From Thermoplasmatales archaeon (lineage in GTDB: Archaea > Thermoplasmatota > E2 > DHVEG-1): 64,000 bases of DNA. A model generated the notes under the pieces. It was given only the letters and a program-made list of their open reading frames with translations. It did no database searches and was not told where the DNA came from. Positions 11,051 to 19,409 of this stretch are shown here, in pieces; within the stretch, counting starts at the first letter, position 1; every line of letters begins with the position of its first letter. The stretch lies in assembly GCA_030672305.1 (NCBI GenBank), contig DAOVGR010000052.1, positions 3,961 to 67,960 of the forward strand, in the 5' to 3' direction. Both the position numbers and the translations under genes were made by a program.

Positions 11051-11458
11051 TTATTCTTTTTTGAAATTTAGACTTGTCGAATTTATACAATATCTCTTTC
11101 CAGTTGGTTTAGGACCATCATCAAAAACATGACCAAGATGGCTGCCACATCGTTTACACAAAACCTCAATTCGCCTCATACCCAGACTAATATCTGACTT
11201 TGGTTCAACACTTCCCTCTGATATTACATCCCAAAAACTTGGCCATCCTGTACCAGAGTCAAACTTTTTATCTGATGAAAACAAATTATTGTTACACCCT
11301 TTACAAACATAAACTCCTTTATCTTTATTTAAAATATATTTTCCACTAAAAGGAGGTTCAGTACCTTTTTTTCTTAAAATATAAAATTCTTGATCAGTTA
11401 GTATTTCTTTCCATTCCTTTTCTGAACTTGGAAATTGTTTTTTTGCCATATATCTCAT
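11051..11458 (-). CDS. msrB: Peptide methionine-R-sulfoxide reductase MsrB (Zn-binding)
   Basis: GTEPPFSG, KFDSGTGWPSF, HLGHVFDDGP, RYCINS and two CxxC motifs. Confidence 0.96.
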   Translation of the reverse strand: MRYMAKKQFPSSEKEWKEILTDQEFYILRKKGTEPPFSGKYILNKDKGVYVCKGCNNNLFSSDKKFDSGTGWPSFWDVISEGSVEPKSDISLGMRRIEVLCKRCGSHLGHVFDDGPKPTGKRYCINSTSLNFKKE

Positions 11459-11480
11459 TAAGGATAGTAATAATCCTTAA

Positions 11481-13670
11481 TTAGAAATGTAAAAAAAAGT
11501 GTAATAATTTATATAGATTTGGACAAAGATGTGATAACCTCATTAATAATAGATTGTTAATGTTCTTTTCCCGTAGAATATTTATTTCTAATTCCTTCCA
11601 GAGGCTTTCAGCATCGTATGGATCTTTTGATTTGGCTTTTATTGTAAAAGTACTTTTTTCAGACCATGAGTGTGATTTAACTATTACTTCCCCTGAATTA
11701 AAAGGACCAAACCATCCAGTATTTGTTTCATCTCCCCAGTCAATATAGTACCAAACAATTGTACCTTCTGGATCAGTTGCTAAAAATGTGTAATCATACG
11801 ATATTCCTGGTTTTCCAGTTGTTGGACCATCAATGCTTAATTGAACTGGTGGATCATTTGATTCTTGAATCCAAGACCAAGTATAATCACTTGAAGAATT
11901 TCCAATATCATCTGTAATTGTTAAAGAAACCGAATAGTTTCCTGGTGTAGTATATGTGTATGATGGATTCTGCTCATCAGAAGAACCTCCATCACCAAAA
12001 TCCCATTCCCAGCTGTAGGGAGGATATCCACCAAATGCATATCCCTTGAATTGCACAGGTTCATTAATCAATCCATAATAAGGACCATATGCTTCAGCTT
12101 CTAAGGTCTCTCCAGCAGCAAAGATATAATCTATTCCATCAGTTGAAGGCCCTGAATAACGTTCAGATGAGTAAATATTCTCATTTGTATCCCAATGCTC
12201 ATGAACACCAAGACTATCCGATATGTATTTCCCATCATTTTCAGGATCGTAGACGTTTTCTGGTGGATCTGCTGATTGATGTAAATAGTTTTGTGATCCC
12301 TCACACGGATTAGATTCTTCAAGGAGAAAATCGTACATAACTGAATCTAATGCAACAGAGTCCTGTGAGAAGAAAAGACTGTTTGTCCAGTCGTTGTTGA
12401 ATGGATACATTTGAAATTTACCAATTGTAGCATGATCATAAGGTGTTGCAAAAATTCCATCTCCAATATTTAAAACAACCTTTCCACCAACATCCTTATG
12501 GGCAAAAAGATCTGTTTGTGGTGCTGGATTTCCTAATGTAAAGGATATATCATGATAATTATGAATTGCTGAAACAGGTTCCATCCATGTACCAAAGAAA
12601 TTCTTACCTGCCAGGGTTACACCTGTACTTATCGGATGTCTCTTAAGTATTGGCATATTGATAAGATAATCAGCTTCGACAATACAAGTAGGAAGTGTTC
12701 TATATTCACAGCTACCGGCTGCAAAATAAATCCTTTCGGTGCTTGCAATAACCTTTTCTCGACCAGATGCACCTCCAGAGGAATCTTCATAGTGAATATT
12801 TTCAAATTCAGGTATTAAAGGATCAGCAGGATATTCTTCATAGTAAACACGATTGTAGAGCCAGTTTGCCATTTGACGGGATGCATCATAAATTGTGATA
12901 TCCTCTTGAGCAACATTTAAAACGTTAACAAGCTGTCTAAGAAGTGCCTTGATTACATAAGGACTTGCATCTCTTTGATTATCTTCACCTGTGTATGATC
13001 CACAGTTATTTAGATTGATTTTTATTGCTATTTTCTCACCAGGCTGGTAACCTACATCCCCATAACCATGTTCCTGGTTGAAATGGCTAAAAAGAAGGTC
13101 CCATGCTGAGTAATCATCATTTGTATCAGCCAATGTCTTTAATCCTAAAGAAAACATCTGATCAATTATAGTTTGATTGTTGTTTTGTTTTTCCCACCAA
13201 TATCCATTTAGATTTTCTTCTGAGGCATTAGCATTCCATCCCCATACTACTCGTCCAGGTTTATAACCTTGAGGAGTCCCGATTGGTTCTTTAGGTATTG
13301 GGTCCCACCTTGTGATTTTATTTTCATCCTTTGTTTCATTAACAGCATATACATTACTTGTAATCGAGAAGATTAAGACAAAAGCAACTAAAATAACAGG
13401 TGCAATAGCAGCTGTTTTATATTTTACTCTTCTAAACCACAAACCAAGTCCATGAAATATTGCACTCCACAATAAACTCCAAAAAGCAATATATCCAACT
13501 GCTACTGAAACAGATATTTGCTGACAGGGATAACGAATTCGATCAGGTCTAGGTAACACTCTAAGCAGGAACCAGATGATAGCTGCTAGTCCTGCTAAAT
13601 GAAATAATATACCTTGATGGCTAGATAATTTCATTAATAAATTTGATTTATTTTTATGATGTTTGCTCAT
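11481..13670 (-). CDS. DUF362-domain protein with N-terminal membrane segments, two PKD domains and C-terminal tag
   Basis: WFLLRVLPRPDRIRYPCQ N-terminal motif, KIAIKINLN, INMPILKRH..GVTLAGKNFFG, SQDSVALDSV; PKD motifs WDFGDG and IDWGD. Confidence 0.75.
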   Translation of the reverse strand: MSKHHKNKSNLLMKLSSHQGILFHLAGLAAIIWFLLRVLPRPDRIRYPCQQISVSVAVGYIAFWSLLWSAIFHGLGLWFRRVKYKTAAIAPVILVAFVLIFSITSNVYAVNETKDENKITRWDPIPKEPIGTPQGYKPGRVVWGWNANASEENLNGYWWEKQNNNQTIIDQMFSLGLKTLADTNDDYSAWDLLFSHFNQEHGYGDVGYQPGEKIAIKINLNNCGSYTGEDNQRDASPYVIKALLRQLVNVLNVAQEDITIYDASRQMANWLYNRVYYEEYPADPLIPEFENIHYEDSSGGASGREKVIASTERIYFAAGSCEYRTLPTCIVEADYLINMPILKRHPISTGVTLAGKNFFGTWMEPVSAIHNYHDISFTLGNPAPQTDLFAHKDVGGKVVLNIGDGIFATPYDHATIGKFQMYPFNNDWTNSLFFSQDSVALDSVMYDFLLEESNPCEGSQNYLHQSADPPENVYDPENDGKYISDSLGVHEHWDTNENIYSSERYSGPSTDGIDYIFAAGETLEAEAYGPYYGLINEPVQFKGYAFGGYPPYSWEWDFGDGGSSDEQNPSYTYTTPGNYSVSLTITDDIGNSSSDYTWSWIQESNDPPVQLSIDGPTTGKPGISYDYTFLATDPEGTIVWYYIDWGDETNTGWFGPFNSGEVIVKSHSWSEKSTFTIKAKSKDPYDAESLWKELEINILREKNINNLLLMRLSHLCPNLYKLLHFFLHF

Positions 13671-13957
13671 TTATATTTCTCCATAAATAAAATTTAATAA
13701 TATTGTTATATATTAATTTGATTTAAGATTATCCCAGCAGAGTATTAACAACTAAAAGAGATTACCCTTCCGATTATATGGGCCCTATTTGGAATTAATA
13801 ATGAATTTTTAGGTAAACCTTCCTTTTCATACTTTTCTCCCTCCCTCAGCTAGACCCTTTTTAATTTATCTTTTTATTGAACTTAGCACTTTATTTCAGT
13901 TATTGTAACATTTAAATATCCAACTTCTGATGTTATTATTGAGGGAGGCAATAATGA

Positions 13958-14692
13958 ATGAAAAAATATACAATGTTACTAACTGTTTTTATGGTGATTA
14001 ATATAGGATTTTTAAGCATTACAACAAATAATAGTAATGCAACTCATTTAACAGATAATAAAATATCAAAGAATTTTGTTATACAAAATATAAATTATGA
14101 TAATAAAACCTTTGGGCCTAATCCTTATGCAATTATTGAAACTTCTTTGGGAACTATTAGAATTGAACTTTTTAAGGATTTAGTGCCTAATACAGTTGAT
14201 AATTTTATAAATCTTACAAAAATTAGTTTTTATAATGGTCTTGTGTTTCACAGAGTAATTGATGATTTTGTAATACAAGGAGGCGGGCATTATCCTAATG
14301 GTACACGTAAGGAAAGCCCATATGGACCCATAGATTTAGAAATCCATCCTAATGCTAGGCATGTAAATGGTGCAATCGGAATGGCTAGAACATCTGATCC
14401 AAACAGTGCCACAAGTCAATTCTATATTTGTGATGGCCCTCAACATTTTTTAGATGATGAATACGCAGTATTTGGAAAAGTAACAGTAGGAACTATGTCG
14501 GTGGTAAGAAAAATTGCTGCAGTAGAAACTACAACTAAATATGGAATGGAAGATTGGCCAGTCGATGATGTTATAATAAATTCCTTGATAATAAAAGCAA
14601 AATCAGAAGAGGTAAATACGCCCTTACTAAACATCCTAGAAGGTTATCCAAATCTATTCCCGATACTACGATATATACTTGGATTTCAATAA
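13958..14692 (+). CDS. Secreted cyclophilin-type peptidyl-prolyl isomerase with C-terminal tag
   Basis: FYNGLVFHRVIDDFVIQGGG, GAIGMART.DPNSATSQFYI, YAVFGKV; N-terminal signal peptide; GGAGG RBS. Confidence 0.92.
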   Translation: MKKYTMLLTVFMVINIGFLSITTNNSNATHLTDNKISKNFVIQNINYDNKTFGPNPYAIIETSLGTIRIELFKDLVPNTVDNFINLTKISFYNGLVFHRVIDDFVIQGGGHYPNGTRKESPYGPIDLEIHPNARHVNGAIGMARTSDPNSATSQFYICDGPQHFLDDEYAVFGKVTVGTMSVVRKIAAVETTTKYGMEDWPVDDVIINSLIIKAKSEEVNTPLLNILEGYPNLFPILRYILGFQ

Positions 14693-14772
14693 TCTCCTTC
14701 TATTTTTTTAGATTATGTTGACTAAGGAAAAAATTGATATAATAGTCCAAGATTGAGGGGGTGAGAATAATT

Positions 14773-14922
14773 ATGATTTTATGGTATTATTGTAACAGTT
14801 GCATGAAAGAATTTAGCCATGTATTTACTGGTAGTAATGATGCCAATCGTTGTACATCATGTAGTTCCACGGATATTAAACGAATCGTTAGGAGAGCTAA
14901 ACTAAAGAGAATTTTGTATTAG
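14773..14922 (+). CDS. Small zinc-ribbon protein (FmdB-like), 49 aa, not in the ORF track
   Basis: Manual translation MILWYYCNSCMKEFSHVFTGSNDANRCTSCSSTDIKRIVRRAKLKRILY*; two CxxC motifs; GAGGGGGTGA RBS upstream. Confidence 0.75.
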   Translation: MILWYYCNSCMKEFSHVFTGSNDANRCTSCSSTDIKRIVRRAKLKRILY

Positions 14923-15018
14923 AATTAAAATATCCAATCTTTTTTTCATAATTTTAATTCAAAAAACTCTGTTTATATTTTGATTTAAGGTTTTATTCTA
15001 GTAGCTGTAGTATTATTT

Positions 15019-15915
15019 TCAATTGCCTATGAAGTTTTTCAAAATTTGATCTTTTAGGTCAATTGCAAAATTAATATGATGCTCCTTAATTTTACTTCTC
15101 TCAAGTAATGCAAGAGCATATGCAATCCGTAAAATTGAAAATTCAAGACTTCTATATGAAACCCCCTCAATATTTGCATCTGCATTTAAAATATAATCCT
15201 TAATTGCTTTTTTAATCGCAGGTCCTTCAGCGGGATCAATACGAGTTTTTGCTTTTCGAGCCCAATCTAAATATCCTTTGACAACAAGGGAATAATCTTT
15301 TGCATTTTTACCCATAAAACTATCGATAATATCTGAAACGTACTCTGCTCGTTGTATCCTTGAAACTCTTTCAACTTTAAAAGGAAAATCAAAACGATCA
15401 ACTAGAGGTTGCTGAATCTTATTAATATCGTTACAGCTTGCAATTACACGAATTTCTGCTTTAAAGGCTTGTCGATTCTTTCCTTTAGTGATAACATACT
15501 TACCTTCTTCCATAGTCTGCAGAAGACCATTTTGATCATCTGAAGACATTTTATCAAGTTCATCTGCTAAAAGAACATTACCATTACATTGAGCAAGTAA
15601 ACCTGGATGTATTGTTTTGCCTCGAGCATCACCTACAAGACCAGTTTTTGAGGTAAGTTCAGAATTAATAAAAATGCCATTCATCTTTTGCTGCCACCAT
15701 CCTAAAAACTCTGATTTACCTGTACCCGGTCCACCACATAGTAAAATATGAAGTCTCATCCTCATATTAGGACGGTCATTTGTAACACCTAACAAAAGTG
15801 CACATTTACGAATTATATCCCACTGAGTACCTACTAGATATGGACAGATGTGCTTTGAAAGAAACTCCAAAGGATTTTCTTTGGAAATAATCTGAAAATA
15901 TTCCTCCACTGTCAT
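15019..15915 (-). CDS. MCM-family AAA+ ATPase lacking the N-terminal domain
   Basis: LHILLCGGPGTGKS (Walker A), SKTGLVG, GLLAQCNGNVLLADELDKM (Walker B), LLQTMEEG..ITKG, VIASCN, LVDRFD (Arg-finger); only 298 aa. Confidence 0.85.
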   Translation of the reverse strand: MTVEEYFQIISKENPLEFLSKHICPYLVGTQWDIIRKCALLLGVTNDRPNMRMRLHILLCGGPGTGKSEFLGWWQQKMNGIFINSELTSKTGLVGDARGKTIHPGLLAQCNGNVLLADELDKMSSDDQNGLLQTMEEGKYVITKGKNRQAFKAEIRVIASCNDINKIQQPLVDRFDFPFKVERVSRIQRAEYVSDIIDSFMGKNAKDYSLVVKGYLDWARKAKTRIDPAEGPAIKKAIKDYILNADANIEGVSYRSLEFSILRIAYALALLERSKIKEHHINFAIDLKDQILKNFIGN

Positions 15916-16162
15916 TAATATCTAATATCATAAAATCGTATTTAGTATATTATTATTTTTAATAAAACAAATAAGACATATTTATTTGAAAATAATTATT
16001 AATTTTCGAAAAAAATAAGCATATTTTATATTTATATATAATGTATTAGAAATCTTAATTTTATTATGGATTTTTAAATATTGTTGTAATGTTATTATTT
16101 AAACAGAATGTGGAACATTTAAATATCCAATATCTAATGTAATTGTACAGGGAGGTAACGAA

Positions 16163-18193
16163 ATGAAAATAAAAAAGCAATATTATTTAACTGCAATATT
16201 AGTTGTTATAGCGTTAGTATTATCCAATGCATCTGGATTTGCTGATACACTTGATGATGACAATAAAGAAATTGTTTCAGTATTAGTTTATTTAAAAGAT
16301 CAAGCTGATCTTAATTCAATCACAGATCAGATGGATGAGCAAAGGGCATCACTACAACTTCGCCATGAGACAGTAGTCAGCGAACTTCAGAATATTGCAT
16401 CTGAAACGCAAACTGATCTTGTTGAATATTTAAATGAACTTAAAAGTCAATATCTTGTAAAAGACTTTAAGTGTTTTTGGATAGGTAATATTATTCGAGT
16501 TGATACCTATCAGCATGTTGTTGATCAAATCGCTAAGCGTGATGAAGTATTAAAGGTGTATCCAAACTATATTGTTGAACTTATTGAACCTGTAAATGAA
16601 AAAATTGAAAATAAACCTGATTTTAATAGAGACGTTGAAATTGGTCTTGAAGCAATAAGAGCTCCAGAGGTTTGGGAAATGGGTATCACTGGTGAAGGTG
16701 TCCTTGTTGCAACAATTGATACTGGTGTAGATGGAGATCATCCTGCACTTGCTAGTAGATGGGCAGGTGTAGCATATCCCAGATATGAAGGGCATCCAGA
16801 GTGGGCATGGCTTGACTCATTTGCTGGTCAAAATAATTTTCCTTTTGATTATAGTAACCACGGCACCCATACAATGGGTACTGTTTGTGGTGGTGCTCCA
16901 GGTGATCAAATTGGTGTTGCACCAGGTGCCCTGTGGATATCTGCAGGTTGGGAATATACGGACGTTTCTCAATTTGTTTCAGATATGATAGAATCATTCG
17001 AATGGATGGTTGATCCTGACAGTGATCCATCGACTAATTGGGATGTTCCAGCAGTTTGTTCAAATTCATGGGGATTATCTGATGCTTTTGGAGTTCCAGA
17101 TTGTGATGAAACATTTTGGACTTACCTTGATGCTTGTGAAGCTGCAGGAATTGTTATAATCTTTTCAGCGGGAAACGAAGGCTCTGAGGGTTTACGTAGA
17201 CCTGCTGACCGGGCAACTGATGATTATAGATGCTTTGCAGTGGCCGCTGTTGATGGAAACAATCCAGACTGGCCGATTGCAGATTTCTCATCTAGAGGGC
17301 CAACATATTGTACACCAACTGGTGATGAAGCAATTAAACCAGATATAGCAGCACCTGGTGTTAGCGTACGCTCATCAGTTCCTGGTGGTGGTTATGATTC
17401 ATTTTCGGGTACTTCAATGGCCTCACCACATATCAATGGTGTTGTTGCACTAATGCGTCAAGCTGCTCCAAATATGAGTGTTGAACATATTAAAGAAATC
17501 ATTTTCCAAACAGCATATGACTTGGGCGATGAAGGTGAGGATAACACTTATGGTTGGGGAATGGTCGATGCATATGAAGCGGTTATGAATTCTAATCAAC
17601 CTCCTTATAAACCCATAATTGAAGGTCCAACAAATGGAACCACAGGTGTCTCTTATGATTTTACGGTAAATTCAGAAGATCCTGAAGCTGATGACATCTA
17701 TTACTTTATTGACTGGGGAGATGGCACCTCCGAACAATGGATTGGACCTTATTCATCTGGTGAAGTTATAACTGTGAGTCATGAGTGGGAAGAAACAGGC
17801 GAATATGAGATAATTGCGAAATCAAAGGATAATAATTATGAAAGTGATTGGTCAGACCCTTTAATAATTGAAATAGTACCTTTGATTGAAATACAGTCTA
17901 TAACAGGTGGATTTTTCAAGTTAGATGCAGTGCTAAAAAACAATGGTGATGAGGAAATAACATGTGTAAAATGGAATATCAATCTCGAGGGTGGGGCATT
18001 TATTGGAAAAGAATCCTCTGGAGAAGTGGATATCCCAGCGGGTGAAGAAACAACTATAAAATCAGGGTTAATACTTGGATTTGGAGAAACAAAGATAACT
18101 GTTTCTGCAGAGGTACCCGAATGCTCAGATACAAAAAATAAAGGCGGATTTGTATATTTAATTTATGTACATGTAAACTTTGGAGGCGAGTAA
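16163..18193 (+). CDS. Secreted subtilisin-like S8 serine peptidase with prodomain, PKD and C-terminal beta-sandwich module
   Basis: Triad IDTG, HGTH, GTSMASP; FSAGN; FSSRGP; KPDIAAPG; signal peptide. Confidence 0.95.
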   Translation: MKIKKQYYLTAILVVIALVLSNASGFADTLDDDNKEIVSVLVYLKDQADLNSITDQMDEQRASLQLRHETVVSELQNIASETQTDLVEYLNELKSQYLVKDFKCFWIGNIIRVDTYQHVVDQIAKRDEVLKVYPNYIVELIEPVNEKIENKPDFNRDVEIGLEAIRAPEVWEMGITGEGVLVATIDTGVDGDHPALASRWAGVAYPRYEGHPEWAWLDSFAGQNNFPFDYSNHGTHTMGTVCGGAPGDQIGVAPGALWISAGWEYTDVSQFVSDMIESFEWMVDPDSDPSTNWDVPAVCSNSWGLSDAFGVPDCDETFWTYLDACEAAGIVIIFSAGNEGSEGLRRPADRATDDYRCFAVAAVDGNNPDWPIADFSSRGPTYCTPTGDEAIKPDIAAPGVSVRSSVPGGGYDSFSGTSMASPHINGVVALMRQAAPNMSVEHIKEIIFQTAYDLGDEGEDNTYGWGMVDAYEAVMNSNQPPYKPIIEGPTNGTTGVSYDFTVNSEDPEADDIYYFIDWGDGTSEQWIGPYSSGEVITVSHEWEETGEYEIIAKSKDNNYESDWSDPLIIEIVPLIEIQSITGGFFKLDAVLKNNGDEEITCVKWNINLEGGAFIGKESSGEVDIPAGEETTIKSGLILGFGETKITVSAEVPECSDTKNKGGFVYLIYVHVNFGGE

Positions 18194-18308
18194 CTTCTAG
18201 GATATAAAGCAATGAGTAAGGATACTATCATTTCATAATTCTTTAGTTTCAGAATTATATAATAAAATGCTTCTCCCTTAAGAGGATTTTCCCCAATTTT
18301 TCTACTAA

Positions 18309-19409
18309 TTATAATATTTTGTAGATGTCCATTATATCCTTTGAGGTATTGATATCGTTATGTGCAAAAGTTTCAATAATATGTAAACCAGATTTTATAT
18401 CAATTACCCATTCAAATGGCGCTTCATCATCGGTATGGACAATTTCATCATCAACAAAAAACTCTACCTTGTTTGCATTTTCTACACTTAGTTCAAGAGT
18501 AATTTTTCCTATAATTCTTGGAGCAGCTTTTTGTATCTCTAAATTCTTAAAAATTGTTGGTAATTGAAATCCTAAAAAATATGTATGCTTAATTAAAGGT
18601 CTTTCAATCTGTATTTTTGGTACATCAGGTTTTAAATTTCCATAGACTCCATCAATGTACATGATACCTGTCCCAGGACCATACCAGTCAGCAAAAATAT
18701 TTGCATCATATGCCATTCTGAACCAGCCATCTTCGCCCCATTTTGTTCCCCAGCTATTTTTTACAATCCAACATTCTTCACTATCATCATATCCAACAAT
18801 TGTTACTACATGTCCTCCAGCTCTACCACCCCATCTAGGTTTGTAAACACCACCAGAATAATAGAAGAAATCTTGAAAAAAACGAAAACAAATAACAAGA
18901 GGACCATATTCAATCAAAGCAGTTTTTATAGATTCAATATCGTAATCAACCCAGCCCCAATCCTGTATCTTAACAGTTCTATTTTCCCATCCTTGCAGAC
19001 TTTCAAAGGGATAATCAAATGCTCTATGTGGATCAGGAAAGCAACCCTCATCTGGAACACCAATATCAACTAGATAGTTTGCTGCATCAATAAGATTAAC
19101 ATATCCTGATTGATATGTTCCTCCAGCATAAAAATAAAGGTGACATTCTGATAGATCAGGTTCATATAACTCTCCAGTTTGATATTGCATAATCGTTTCC
19201 ATGGATGCGACTAAACCATATGCCTCACAAGTGGGAGCTGGAGATTGGTCTTTGATGGGTGTGGTATAATCAATACCATCTATATTTTGCCAGCTGAAGT
19301 AAGATGGATGACCTGATTTTTCTCCAGTTTTATCTAACTTTTCAGCACTAACAGGAAAAAACTGGATTATCATAAGAATAATAATTAAGAGTGTGATAGT
19401 TTTTTTCAT
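18309..19409 (-). CDS. Secreted papain-family (C1A) cysteine peptidase with C-terminal Ig-like domain
   Basis: TPIKDQ....CEAY, DLSE, GHVVTIVGY, WIVKNSWGTKWGEDGWF. Confidence 0.9.
   Translation of the reverse strand: MKKTITLLIIILMIIQFFPVSAEKLDKTGEKSGHPSYFSWQNIDGIDYTTPIKDQSPAPTCEAYGLVASMETIMQYQTGELYEPDLSECHLYFYAGGTYQSGYVNLIDAANYLVDIGVPDEGCFPDPHRAFDYPFESLQGWENRTVKIQDWGWVDYDIESIKTALIEYGPLVICFRFFQDFFYYSGGVYKPRWGGRAGGHVVTIVGYDDSEECWIVKNSWGTKWGEDGWFRMAYDANIFADWYGPGTGIMYIDGVYGNLKPDVPKIQIERPLIKHTYFLGFQLPTIFKNLEIQKAAPRIIGKITLELSVENANKVEFFVDDEIVHTDDEAPFEWVIDIKSGLHIIETFAHNDINTSKDIMDIYKIL

Noticed and set aside
13795..13830. Minus-strand mini-ORF MKRKVYLKIHY after a strong GAGGGAGGGAG
   Set aside because: Only 11 codons with no supporting homology; could be a gene relic or leader peptide but cannot be supported.
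13907..16130. 17-bp direct repeat as attL/attR of an MCM-carrying element
   Set aside because: Both copies coincide with TATA-containing promoters at the same distance from an RBS, and no integrase is present; kept only as a promoter finding.
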